NCBI GenBank assembly: GCA_020054695.1 | Contig: JAHXBT010000038.1 | Location: 18,343 to 66,660 of the forward strand | Direction: 5' to 3' | Origin: Rickettsiales bacterium | GTDB lineage: Bacteria; Pseudomonadota; Alphaproteobacteria; Rickettsiales; UBA1997 | Length of the DNA: 48,318 nucleotides | Part shown: piece by piece, positions 31,770 to 43,760 of the stretch | How positions within the stretch are numbered: position 1 is the stretch's first letter | Layout of the letters: each line of letters begins with the position of its first letter | Made by a program: the position numbers and the translations under genes | Notes under the pieces: model-generated | Database searches by the model: none | What the model saw: only the letters and a program-made list of their open reading frames with translations | Told to the model about the DNA's origin: nothing

Positions 31770-31948
31770 ATTAATTATACTCCACTAACGCAACTGTGGT
31801 ACCTTAATTCTTAATAACAAATTCAAATTAAACAGTTCCCCTTGAAAAAAACCTTCTGGTTTTAATGTAGGTATGGAACACAATGAAAAGCTAATAGCTT
31901 CTTTTTAAACCTCTAGTAAAAGTAATATTTTATTGCTTTAGAGGCTTA

Positions 31949-31974
31949 TTAGACAACGATTTAACGATGTCTAA
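31949..31974. promoter_or_regulatory. palindromic putative operator overlapping a candidate promoter of the SOUL gene
   Basis: TTAGACA-N12-TGTCTAA. TAGACA (31950-31955) plus a 16-nt spacer plus TAAAGT resembles -35/-10. It lies 14 nt upstream of the ATG at 31989. Confidence 0.45.
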
Positions 31975-31988
31975 AGTTTTATAAAATT

Positions 31989-32546
31989 ATGAAAAAAATT
32001 ATATTACTATTTTCTTTATTTTTTACAAATATAGCCATGTCTATTGAAATTAGCCCTTATAAGGTATTAGAAAAAATATCTGATAATGTTGAAGTTAGAG
32101 AATATAAAAAAATAATTCTGGCAACGGCAAATATTTCTAATAATGAAGAAGGTAACTCTGCCTTTAGATCTCTTTTTAAATTTATTTCTGGAGAAAATGA
32201 TCAAAAACAAGAGATTAAAATGACTGCTCCTGTTTTTCGTGAAGAAATTGATAATAATATGAGCATGTCTTTTGTGATGCCAGAAAAATTTAATGAACAA
32301 AATTTACCAAAGCCAAATAACCCTAAAATCAAAATTAACCTAATTAAGAATCAAAAGTTTATAGCTATTAGATTTTCTGGTTTTGCTAGTGACAGTAATT
32401 TTAATGATCATAGGGAAATTTTAGAAGATATTATAGGTGATAGAAAAATATCTGCTGACTTAGGTAATCCAATTAGAGCTTATTATAATCAACCCTGGAG
32501 CTTACCATTTTTAAAGAGGAACGAAATATTATTTAAAATAAATTAG
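31989..32546 (+). CDS. SOUL heme-binding family protein, secreted
   Basis: Signal peptide, EVREY, AFRSLFKFISGEN, IKMTAPV, MSFVMP, RFSG, YNQPWSLPFLKRNEI. Confidence 0.92.
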   Translation: MKKIILLFSLFFTNIAMSIEISPYKVLEKISDNVEVREYKKIILATANISNNEEGNSAFRSLFKFISGENDQKQEIKMTAPVFREEIDNNMSMSFVMPEKFNEQNLPKPNNPKIKINLIKNQKFIAIRFSGFASDSNFNDHREILEDIIGDRKISADLGNPIRAYYNQPWSLPFLKRNEILFKIN

Positions 32547-32550
32547 ACTT

Positions 32551-33300
32551 ATGAAATCTTTTGAGAATAAAAATTATTTGATTTTTGCCGGCACCTCAAC
32601 AATTGCCCAAGATTTAATACGAAAGTTAAAAATATTTAATTCTAATGTTTTTTTTACTTCCAGAGACAAAATTAAAGCAAAAGATATTCACGATCAATAT
32701 AACTATGATTATGAAATTTGCCCAGATTTGGCGAATTTTGATGAGGTAGATAAAATATTTAAAATTGCCAAGGAGAGATTAGGAAGAATAGATGGAGTAG
32801 TTAATTTTTCTGGTTCAATTAATTTAAAAGCAGCACATCAAACTAATTTTAATGAATATCTAGATGTTATTAATAAAAATTTAACTTCTTCTTTTGCAAT
32901 CGTAAGAGGAGCTGGGAAATATATGAATGACGGTGGTTCAGTAGTTTTGACATCTTCTATTGCGGCATCTATTGGTATTGCTAATCATGATGCTATTTCT
33001 GCTGCTAAAGCTGGAGTTGAAGGGTTAGTTAGGTCTGCAGCTTGCACTTACGCTATGAAAAACATTCGTTTCAATGCAGTTGCTCCAAGTTTAACTGACA
33101 CTAATATGACTAAAATTATTACAGAAAATGAAATGATGCTAAAGGCATCAAATTATATGCATTTGCTGGGTAGAATTGGAAATGTTGGTGACATATCAAG
33201 AGCTTGTTCATTTTTATTAAATCCTGATAATAGTTGGATCACAGGACAAATTATTAAGGTTGAAGGAGGTTTTTCTTTAAAATCTAGGGCCAGATTGTAG
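32551..33300 (+). CDS. short-chain dehydrogenase/reductase (atypical, IxxxK in place of YxxxK)
   Basis: GSINLK, SSIAASIGIANHDAISAAKAGVEGL, NAVAPSLTDT, WITGQ. Confidence 0.88.
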   Translation: MKSFENKNYLIFAGTSTIAQDLIRKLKIFNSNVFFTSRDKIKAKDIHDQYNYDYEICPDLANFDEVDKIFKIAKERLGRIDGVVNFSGSINLKAAHQTNFNEYLDVINKNLTSSFAIVRGAGKYMNDGGSVVLTSSIAASIGIANHDAISAAKAGVEGLVRSAACTYAMKNIRFNAVAPSLTDTNMTKIITENEMMLKASNYMHLLGRIGNVGDISRACSFLLNPDNSWITGQIIKVEGGFSLKSRARL

Positions 33301-33373
33301 CAAGTTTACTGTGAATTATTTGTGTAATAGTGTAATATTAATTCTTACCACTAGATTAGAGATACGACAAATT

Positions 33374-33592
33374 TTATATTATTTTGAATATTATACCAAA
33401 TAGATTATTAGTGACTAATTTTAGTTCAGATAGTAAATTATTTATTGCTTTACCACTATTTGAATTTTGATCAATATTTAAAACTGCTAGTACATCTTCT
33501 ATAGAAATAATTCCAGTTAGGAATAACAAAAAAAATAAAGCAATTAAAAATATTAATAATCTAAAACTAATCTTCAGGGCAATATTAAACAT
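33374..33592 (-). CDS. small hypothetical membrane protein
   Basis: 72-aa ORF with one N-terminal hydrophobic helix, 7 nt downstream of nrdB and co-oriented with it. Confidence 0.6.
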   Translation of the reverse strand: MFNIALKISFRLLIFLIALFFLLFLTGIISIEDVLAVLNIDQNSNSGKAINNLLSELKLVTNNLFGIIFKII

Positions 33593-33599
33593 ATAATAT

Positions 33600-34601
33600 C
33601 TAATTAACTATATCTAATTTCTTGACCTTATTATTATCTATCTCAGTAAAAACACTTTCCCAGGTACCAGTTGTTGAAGCTCTAGAATATTCAGTTACTC
33701 TATTTTCAAAGAAATTAGTATGTTCAACACCATTTAGAATCTCATCAAGCCAAGGAAGTGGATTATCATCAATCATGTAGATATCCTTCAAACCCAATTG
33801 TGACAATCTTCTATCAGCAATATATCTAATATATCTTTTAACTTCTCTAGCGGTTAACCCTTCAATTGCTCCCATTTCAAACGCCAAATCAATAAATGCA
33901 TCTTCAAAATGTACAATTGTAGCACAAGCTTCATAAAGATTACCACGTAGTTCTTCATTCCAAACTTCTGGATTTTCTTTAACAAAAGTATGAAATAATT
34001 TGATAATAGATTCAGTATGAAGAGACTCATCCCTAACAGACCAGGTTACAATTTGCCCCATACCTTTCATTTTACCAAATCTTTGGAAACTAAGCAAAAT
34101 GGCAAAGGAGGCAAATAATTGTAAACCTTCAGTGAAGCCACCAAATACCGCAAGAGTTGTAGCAATATTTTGTTTGGTACTAACACCAAATTTTTGCATA
34201 TAATCATATTTATCCTTCATTTCCTTATATTTCATGAAGGATTGATACTCTACTTCTGGTATACCAATAGTATCTAACAAATGAGAGTAGGCTGCAATGT
34301 GTATGGTTTCCATATTGGAAAAGGCCGAAAGCATCATTTGCACCTCAGTTGGTTGAAAAACTTGACTATAATGTTTCATATAGCAATTATTAACTTCAAT
34401 ATCAGCTTGAGTAAAAAATCTAAAGATTTGAGTAAGAAGATTTTTCTCAGAAATTGTTAAATTATGCTTCCAATCTCTTACATCATCAGCCAATGGAACT
34501 TCTTCTGGAAGCCAGTGAATTTGTTGTTGTTTTAACCAAGAATCATAAGCCCAAGGGTATTTAAAAGGTTTGTAAATATGGGGTGCATTTAATAACGACA
34601 T
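33600..34601 (-). CDS. nrdB: class Ia ribonucleotide reductase beta subunit
   Basis: HWLPEEV, FFTQAD, ETIHIAAY (radical Tyr), EGLQLF, RDESLH, NFFE.RVTEY. Confidence 0.95.
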   Translation of the reverse strand: MSLLNAPHIYKPFKYPWAYDSWLKQQQIHWLPEEVPLADDVRDWKHNLTISEKNLLTQIFRFFTQADIEVNNCYMKHYSQVFQPTEVQMMLSAFSNMETIHIAAYSHLLDTIGIPEVEYQSFMKYKEMKDKYDYMQKFGVSTKQNIATTLAVFGGFTEGLQLFASFAILLSFQRFGKMKGMGQIVTWSVRDESLHTESIIKLFHTFVKENPEVWNEELRGNLYEACATIVHFEDAFIDLAFEMGAIEGLTAREVKRYIRYIADRRLSQLGLKDIYMIDDNPLPWLDEILNGVEHTNFFENRVTEYSRASTTGTWESVFTEIDNNKVKKLDIVN

Positions 34602-34766
34602 AGGCTAAAAATATTAATTTAATTATATTATAATTTTATAATTTGTGGAAATAATATTCAACTAAATTAATTGAGTAATAGATGTTTCTTAGTTATTTCT
34701 ATAATAAAACCTGCCTTAAAGAGGTAAAATATTACTTCATCATCCTTAATCTTTAAGAGATAGTTT

Positions 34767-35453
34767 TTAATATTCTAATTTGCGTATTATTTTATTTAGG
34801 ATGGAAGTTGAAAAATTTTCTATTTGCATAGAAAGACAGTCAATTTTTTTGTTGAAAATATTATAAAATATTACTGCTGGAATAGCAACAAAGAGACCCA
34901 TAGCAGTTGCAAATAGAGCTTCTGCAATTCCAGGCGCAACTACTGCTAAGCTAGTATTTCCCGAATTGGCAATATTTTGAAAACTATTCATGATTCCCCA
35001 AACAGTTCCAAATAATCCAATAAAGGGAGCGTTAGAACCAATAATTGCTAGAATATTTAAACCAGATTCTAATTTTTCAATTATATTATTTTCAACTATT
35101 CCTATAGCACCCTTAATACGGTATTTTGTTGATTCTAATTTATTGTCATGATATTCAGTGTCTTTTGTTTTACCAAGTTGCCATTCTTTTATACTGGTAA
35201 TTATTATTCTAGACAAGGGATTTTTATTATTTCCTTGGGCAAGAGTTAGTATGTCATTTAAAGAGTTTTTAGATTCAAATAACAGAATAAATTTCCACAT
35301 TAATATTTTTAAAATAGAAAATTTTATTAATTTAAAAAATATTATAGACCATGAAATGAGTGACATTACTAGTAATAAAGCCATAACAGATTTCACTACT
35401 ATATCAGCTTGAGAGATTAGTTCAATAATTTGTGAATTATTTTTTAAAATCAT
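34767..35453 (-). CDS. tolQ: TolQ (MotA/TolQ/ExbB family)
   Basis: APFIGLFGTVWGIMNSF, LAVVAPGIAEALFATAMGLFVAIPAV. Confidence 0.92.
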   Translation of the reverse strand: MILKNNSQIIELISQADIVVKSVMALLLVMSLISWSIIFFKLIKFSILKILMWKFILLFESKNSLNDILTLAQGNNKNPLSRIIITSIKEWQLGKTKDTEYHDNKLESTKYRIKGAIGIVENNIIEKLESGLNILAIIGSNAPFIGLFGTVWGIMNSFQNIANSGNTSLAVVAPGIAEALFATAMGLFVAIPAVIFYNIFNKKIDCLSMQIENFSTSILNKIIRKLEY

Positions 35454-35460
35454 TAGTATA

Positions 35461-36018
35461 TTATTTACACTTTATCTTATCCCAACACTTACCAGGGCCA
35501 CAATCGCAAGATCTAGTAATTACTTGAGCACACACTGAGTTACGATCTAAATTGCAATTATCAGCGCAGCTATTCCTAAAATCTATTATTTTTCCACCAG
35601 ATTTTTCACATTGGACGGTGTCTTTACCTTTAACTTTATCAGATAGATTATTAAAAAAATCAAATAAATTATCTTTGTTATTATCTTCATTTACTTCTGG
35701 GACATTGTTGTTCTTATTTTTTGTTATCTGTTTTTGCTGTGCTTTATATGTTTTATATTTTTTTTGCTGAATATTTTTAGTATCAATGCATTTATCATTT
35801 TGCCAACATTTATTTTCTCCACAATCGCAGCCATATTCTAGAATCTTATAGCAAGGGGTATTTTTATCTATTTCTTTTACACAATCATCAAAGCAAGTAT
35901 GGTTAAAAATTCTCCACATTCCACTTGATTGATTACAGAGATTTTTGTTACCAGTTGCAGATAATGCATTAAAAGAAAAAATAATAAATATATAAAAAAA
36001 TAATGAGTAAAGTCTCAT
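35461..36018 (-). CDS. secreted cysteine-rich hypothetical protein with two 8-Cys repeats
   Basis: Signal peptide, then two modules (aa 28-77 and 137-184) each ending CDCG..KCW....C. Its ATG directly follows the leuB stop. Confidence 0.8.
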   Translation of the reverse strand: MRLYSLFFYIFIIFSFNALSATGNKNLCNQSSGMWRIFNHTCFDDCVKEIDKNTPCYKILEYGCDCGENKCWQNDKCIDTKNIQQKKYKTYKAQQKQITKNKNNNVPEVNEDNNKDNLFDFFNNLSDKVKGKDTVQCEKSGGKIIDFRNSCADNCNLDRNSVCAQVITRSCDCGPGKCWDKIKCK

Positions 36019-37119
36019 TTAAATATTATCCTTGATTGATTGGATTATCTTTTCACCCATTTCTGTTGTAGATATCGTTTTATCTTCTTTTTTAGCAATA
36101 TCTTTTGTTCTATATCCTTGATTTAATGTATTTATTATAGCGTTATCAATTAAGTTTGCTTCCATTTCATAGTTAAAAGAATAGCGTAGCATCATTGAAA
36201 GGCTAGAAATTGTTGCAATTGGATTGGCAATATTATGACCTGCAATGTCGGGAGCGGAGCCGTGTACTGGTTCATAAAGAGCATATTGTTTATCGCCATT
36301 TTTTTCACCTAAAGATGCCGAAGGTAACATTCCAAGTGATCCGGTAAGCATTGATGCAGTATCAGAAATAATATCACCAAACATATTAGTAGTAACAATA
36401 ACATCAAATTGTTTTGGATAACGCACTAACTGCATTGAAGCATTATCAACATACATATGAGATAATTCAACGTTAGAATAATTTTTTGCAGTTTGGATAA
36501 CTTGATTACGCCACATTTCAGTGGACTCCAAAACATTAGCTTTGTCAATAGAGCAAAGTTTTTTATTTCTTTTTTGAGCTAAATCTAAGGCTACTTTGGC
36601 AATTCTATCTACTTCTTTAGAATTATATTTTAAAGTATTAAAGCCAGTTTTTGAACCGTCTTCTTCATCTATAACGCCTCTTGGTTGACCAAAATAGATG
36701 CCGCCAGTTAATTCACGAACTATCATAATATCTAAGCCAGAGACAATTTCCGATTTTAAAGATGAACTTTCAACCAAAGCGTCAAAAACAATTGCTGGCC
36801 TTAAATTAGCAAATAATTCTAATTCTTTTCTAATGCCAAGAAGCCCCCTTTCTGGTCTTACATTATAAGGTAATTCTTCCCATTTGGGTCCACCTACAGC
36901 GCCGAGTAAAATGGCGTCTGATTTTTTAGCTTTTTCTAATGTTTCATCAGGGAAGGGTGTTCCAGTTTTGTCATAAGCAATACCTCCAAGCAATGCATAA
37001 TCAATAGTAAATTTTTTATCTGTATTTTCTGTAAAAAAATCTAATATTTTTTTGGCCTGTGCTACAACTTCTGGTCCAATTCCATCTCCTTCAATAAGTA
37101 ATATATTTTTATTTATCAT
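36019..37119 (-). CDS. leuB: 3-isopropylmalate dehydrogenase
   Basis: [49 protein letters not shown]. Confidence 0.97.
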   Translation of the reverse strand: MINKNILLIEGDGIGPEVVAQAKKILDFFTENTDKKFTIDYALLGGIAYDKTGTPFPDETLEKAKKSDAILLGAVGGPKWEELPYNVRPERGLLGIRKELELFANLRPAIVFDALVESSSLKSEIVSGLDIMIVRELTGGIYFGQPRGVIDEEDGSKTGFNTLKYNSKEVDRIAKVALDLAQKRNKKLCSIDKANVLESTEMWRNQVIQTAKNYSNVELSHMYVDNASMQLVRYPKQFDVIVTTNMFGDIISDTASMLTGSLGMLPSASLGEKNGDKQYALYEPVHGSAPDIAGHNIANPIATISSLSMMLRYSFNYEMEANLIDNAIINTLNQGYRTKDIAKKEDKTISTTEMGEKIIQSIKDNI

Positions 37120-37151
37120 TTATTTATTTCGTTAAAATTTGCTAGATAATA

Positions 37152-37637
37152 TTATTTTAAATATAGTGAGAATTCTTCCACTAAATCTTGATATAAGTTT
37201 TTTTTAAAATCAATTACCAAATCTGGTATTTTCATTATATTTTTTTGCCATTTCCACTCAGAAAATTCTGGGTTACATTGTTCTAAATTTATTGAATTAT
37301 CATTACCAGTAAATTCAGTTAAATACCACCTTTGTTTTTGTCCAATATATCTACCTTTCCACACCTTTTCAATTAGTTTTGTTGGCAAATTATAATAAAA
37401 ATAATTTTTGGATATATTTAATATTGTAACATCCTTTTTACCAATTCCGGTTTCTTCTTCTAATTCTCGGTACATTGCATTTTCCTCAGATTCTCCAGGT
37501 TCTACACCTCCTTGTGGCATTTGCCAATATTCATCCACAATATTAGATATTCTTTTGGCAATAAAAATTTCTTTATCTTTGTTAACAATCATAATTCCAA
37601 CGCATAAGCGATAGAGGTGATCTATATTTTTATCCAT
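37152..37637 (-). CDS. rppH: RNA pyrophosphohydrolase (Nudix)
   Basis: YRLCVG, WQMPQGGVEPGE, RELEEETG, GQKQRWY, PEFSEWKW. Confidence 0.93.
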   Translation of the reverse strand: MDKNIDHLYRLCVGIMIVNKDKEIFIAKRISNIVDEYWQMPQGGVEPGESEENAMYRELEEETGIGKKDVTILNISKNYFYYNLPTKLIEKVWKGRYIGQKQRWYLTEFTGNDNSINLEQCNPEFSEWKWQKNIMKIPDLVIDFKKNLYQDLVEEFSLYLK

Positions 37638-38803
37638 TTTACTATCTCTTTAGCTATGTTTTTTTTGCTATTTTTTTCTATTCTAGTGATAATTTTATTT
37701 TTATCAACTATAGTGATTTCATTTTCATCTGAGCCAAATATCTCGCCCCCATTTATATTATTTACTATTACTAGATCGCAATTTTTACGTTTAGCTTTTC
37801 CTATAGCATTTTCTACGATATTATTACTTTCTGCAGCGAATCCAATAACTATTTTAGGCCTATTTTTACTGTTACCTATTGTATCTAATATATCAATATT
37901 TAATTCTAACTCTATGTTTTTTATATTTTTATTTTTTTTAATTTTTATGTTGGAATATTTTTTTGGTTTAAAATCTGATATCGCTGCTGCTGAGATATAT
38001 ATATCTGTATTATCTATGTTTTTCTCTATTGCTTCTAACATTTGATTAGTAGAGCTAGTTCTTATAATATTTTTATTTGGCAAATTGATATTTTCTTTTA
38101 TATTAGAAGCAATCAGAGTTACATCACCTCCCATTTGATGCAGAATTTCAGCAATTGCAATTCCTTGTTTACCAGATGAATTATTACCAATAAACCTAAC
38201 TGGGTCTATTGGTTCAAAAGTAGACCCAGCTGTAACAATAATATTTTTACCAGAAAATTTATTACTACTAACAAAAAAATCTTCTATTTGTGTCGTAATA
38301 TCATTTATATCTGCCATTTTGCCATATCCAAACTCACCACAAGCCAAAATATCCTTTTGTGGAGGTATAATCCTGATATTATAGTTAATTAATTGATCTA
38401 AATTATTCTTAGTAATTTTATTATCCCACATTTTAACATTCATTGCAGGTGCAAGTAGTATTTGCTTATTTGCTGCTAATATAGTTGTAGAGGCTAGATC
38501 GTCAGCAATACCATTTGCCATTTTTGCAATAAAATTAGATGATGCTGGTGCAACTAGAATTAAATCACTATTTTTGGATAAATTAATATGGTCCATTGAG
38601 TCTTTATCATCTGGTTTAAATATATCCTGTTTAATTTTGTCACCTAAAATAGATGATACTAAGAGAGGGGTAATGAATTTTTCTGTTTCTTTGGTTAAAA
38701 TAACATCAATTTTAAAATCTTTTTTTCTAAGATATCTTATTATTTCTAAAGATTTGTAACAGGCAATTGATGCTGTAATTATGATAAGAATTCTTTTTCG
38801 CAT
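37622..38803 (-). CDS. coaBC: bifunctional phosphopantothenoylcysteine decarboxylase/synthetase
   Basis: SIACYK, MDHI, APAMN, LACGEFGYG, EPIDPVRFIGNNSSGKQG, GFAAE. Confidence 0.96.
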   Translation of the reverse strand: MRKRILIIITASIACYKSLEIIRYLRKKDFKIDVILTKETEKFITPLLVSSILGDKIKQDIFKPDDKDSMDHINLSKNSDLILVAPASSNFIAKMANGIADDLASTTILAANKQILLAPAMNVKMWDNKITKNNLDQLINYNIRIIPPQKDILACGEFGYGKMADINDITTQIEDFFVSSNKFSGKNIIVTAGSTFEPIDPVRFIGNNSSGKQGIAIAEILHQMGGDVTLIASNIKENINLPNKNIIRTSSTNQMLEAIEKNIDNTDIYISAAAISDFKPKKYSNIKIKKNKNIKNIELELNIDILDTIGNSKNRPKIVIGFAAESNNIVENAIGKAKRKNCDLVIVNNINGGEIFGSDENEITIVDKNKIITRIEKNSKKNIAKEIVKWIKI

Positions 38804-38957
38804 TATAATTTTGACTTAGGTTATGTTGTCATAAGAAAAAATGAAAGAAATTTCTTAAGTTGACCACAGAGATCTAGAAGTTATTAAATAATATTTTAGT
38901 TTTTATATTTTTTAAAAATATCCTGAATATATTATTTATCTTTAAGTTAAGATGGTG

Positions 38958-39239
38958 TTATTTAATCATTTTTGGTACAGTATAATAATTATATTTGTCA
39001 TTTGTGGCGCTAGTCATTACGTCTTCCGCTGTTTCTATAGATTCTATATTATCTTCAAATAATGTAAGATTTTTAGCATGAATATTATTTAATATTTGTA
39101 CATTATCAGTATTAGCTTGCGATAAAGTGTCAATCCAATTAATTATTTTTTCCAATTGGTTTGATAGTTTTTCTTTTTGACAATCTTCTATTCTAATTTT
39201 TGATAATTTTGCAATTTTTTTTATATTAATATCTGACAT
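38958..39239 (-). CDS. gatC: Asp/Glu-tRNA amidotransferase subunit C
   Basis: KKIAKLSKI, IINWIDTL, C-terminal YTVPKMI. Confidence 0.85.
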   Translation of the reverse strand: MSDINIKKIAKLSKIRIEDCQKEKLSNQLEKIINWIDTLSQANTDNVQILNNIHAKNLTLFEDNIESIETAEDVMTSATNDKYNYYTVPKMIK

Positions 39240-39372
39240 TATGTTTAATTATGGTTATATGCAGTATCTTAATTTTATAAATTACGATATAAAAAGCAAA
39301 TGAAGGACTCATAATATTTTATCTTAAAATACTTGTTTTGCATTGTTTATTTTTAATAATAATCGGGATTAT

Positions 39373-39753
39373 TTATTTAATACCGCTAAAAACTGAGCCC
39401 CATATCGCTGAGTTTTGATCTACATATTCTTCTCTCATACAGTAAAAATAACCATAATTCCAGGCATTTTTGTAAATAGGTGAATTAGCTAATTTCCAAC
39501 CGTCCTGTTTATTTGATTTATAAAAAGATTTATAAAATTGGTTTGATCCAGATGAGGCTCCGGTTTCACATCCATGATCCCATCCTAATTTAAAGTCAGG
39601 ATCAGCTTTACTCAGGTCATCTTCAAAATTGCTAGTGGTTCTGTCAAGTCTAAAATAATCAGCACTATGTTTATGACCACAAGATGATATTATGAATAGT
39701 AATAATGATATTTTTATGGTATAAATCACTAATGTATAAATTATATTTTTCAA
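39373..39753 (-). CDS. hypothetical lipoprotein
   Basis: TTG start, hydrophobic signal ending IISSC, mature part with GWDHGCETG...FYKSFY...WNYGYFYC. Confidence 0.72.
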   Translation of the reverse strand: MKNIIYTLVIYTIKISLLLFIISSCGHKHSADYFRLDRTTSNFEDDLSKADPDFKLGWDHGCETGASSGSNQFYKSFYKSNKQDGWKLANSPIYKNAWNYGYFYCMREEYVDQNSAIWGSVFSGIK

Positions 39754-39829
39754 ATGATTTTAGTATAATTTCAGACAAATCGTTAAAAAAAATAACCTTA
39801 TAATATCAACTAAATTATTGAAAATAATA

Positions 39830-42238
<2,409 letters not shown>

Positions 42239-42305
42239 TTATCTATATTTCTTTCCAGTTTTATAATTTTAATTCTGGTTATATTTTTGCAAAAATCAAT
42301 ATATT

Positions 42306-43424
42306 ATGCAATATCAATTAGAAAAAGAAAGTGTTATAGGTAAAATATCCAGGTTAAATTGGTTATTAATAGGTTCAATTATGATTTTATCTATAATTGG
42401 TTTATTAATGTTATATTCTGCTGCAGGAGGTAATTATAGGTTATGGATGTTAAGGCAATTTATATATCTTATTGTATTTTTTCCTGTAATGATATTTATT
42501 GCTATAACTGATGTAAATTTTTGGTTTCGTCACACATATAAATTTTATTTTTTTGGCTTATTACTGCTGTTAATTGTTTATTTTTCTGGTCACTACGCCA
42601 TGGGCGCAACTAGGTGGTTTAGAATTGGCTTCATAACAGTTCAACCTTCTGAAATTATGAAGGTATTTTTAGTATTATCTATGGCTAAATATTTTCATAA
42701 TATTGAAGCCGAAGACATTAAAAAAGTAAAATACTTCTTAATTCCAATGATGTTTATACTAGTTCCGGCATATTTAATATTCAAACAGCCCGATTTAGGC
42801 ACGGCTTTAATTTTTTCTTTTGTTGGTTTTGTGATTTTATTTGTTGCAGGAGTTATGATGTGGAAATTTATTTTAACTGCTATTGCTGGCTTGATATCTA
42901 TACCAATTTTGTGGAATTTTGTTTTGCATAATTATCAAAAAGATAGGATAATTAATTTTCTTAATCCCAATAATGATCCTATGGGTACAGGATACAACAT
43001 CATACAATCTAAAATTGCAGTTGGGTCAGGAGGTTTGTTTGGTAAAGGGTTTGTTAATGGCACACAAACTCAATTAGGTTTTTTACCTGAGAAACAAACA
43101 GATTTTATTTTCACCATTTTATCAGAAGAGTTTGGTTTTATTGGTTCGGTATCTATTGTTTTTCTTTGTGCCTTTATTACTTTTATATCTATTTTTTCTG
43201 CTACTAAAAGTTTTAATCAATATTCAAGATTGGTAATCACTGGAATTACTTCTATTTTCTTTTTTCATTCATTTATTAATATAGGGATGTCTATTGGTTT
43301 GCTTCCTGTTGTTGGCGCACCACTTCCTTTTATGTCCTATGGGGGGACCATAACTGCCACTATGTTAATAGGTTTTGGTTTTGTCCTCAATGTTTGTCTA
43401 TATAAAGACTCAGAATTATTATGA
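42306..43424 (+). CDS. rodA: rod shape-determining SEDS transglycosylase RodA
   Basis: GATRW, QPSE, QPDLGT, YQKDRI, GYNIIQSKIAVGSGG, PEKQTDF, SYGG. Confidence 0.95.
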   Translation: MQYQLEKESVIGKISRLNWLLIGSIMILSIIGLLMLYSAAGGNYRLWMLRQFIYLIVFFPVMIFIAITDVNFWFRHTYKFYFFGLLLLLIVYFSGHYAMGATRWFRIGFITVQPSEIMKVFLVLSMAKYFHNIEAEDIKKVKYFLIPMMFILVPAYLIFKQPDLGTALIFSFVGFVILFVAGVMMWKFILTAIAGLISIPILWNFVLHNYQKDRIINFLNPNNDPMGTGYNIIQSKIAVGSGGLFGKGFVNGTQTQLGFLPEKQTDFIFTILSEEFGFIGSVSIVFLCAFITFISIFSATKSFNQYSRLVITGITSIFFFHSFINIGMSIGLLPVVGAPLPFMSYGGTITATMLIGFGFVLNVCLYKDSELL

Positions 43425-43623
43425 AAATAATAACCAATATTAACTAAATATGGATTTATAAAAATTAAATTATTAGTAAATTGTTGTTAAATTTTTTACA
43501 AATCTTAATTAAAGCAACAAAAATATTTTACTATATTATTCATTTTAGGTTATAATTGTATTACAAGTAATCGTTGTAAAATATAAAATAGTTTATAATT
43601 TATTGAATAAAATGAGTTTTTTC

Positions 43624-43652
43624 TTGACTTTATCCAGGCAATAGTAGATAAT
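43624..43652 (+). promoter_or_regulatory. putative sigma70 promoter of the first pilin-like gene
   Basis: TTGACT (43624-43629), 17-nt spacer, GATAAT (43647-43652). Confidence 0.55.
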
Positions 43653-43760
43653 TATATATAATATTAATAATTTCACTGAATTTATTGCTTGTTATGTCTT
43701 TCCTGCTTGTAAAGACTATCGGTAAGTGTGTTTTTCAATTAAATTAAAAGTAAAATAGCA

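Noticed and set aside
31949-31974. PpsR/CrtJ site upstream of SOUL
   Set aside because: PpsR binds TGT-N12-ACA. This palindrome has the opposite arrangement (ACA-N12-TGT).
37617-38045. 142-aa very hydrophobic ORF resembling a membrane protein
   Set aside because: It is antisense to coaBC. The F/I/L richness simply mirrors the K/N/E codons of the real gene.
43425-43623. CtrA-like TTAA-N7-TTAA half-matches upstream of the pilin genes
   Set aside because: Only imperfect matches, and these are expected by chance in such AT-rich DNA.
43656-43760. Pilin leader as a c-di-GMP or other known riboswitch
   Set aside because: It lacks the conserved GEMM-type sequence elements. Only a generic hairpin is visible.
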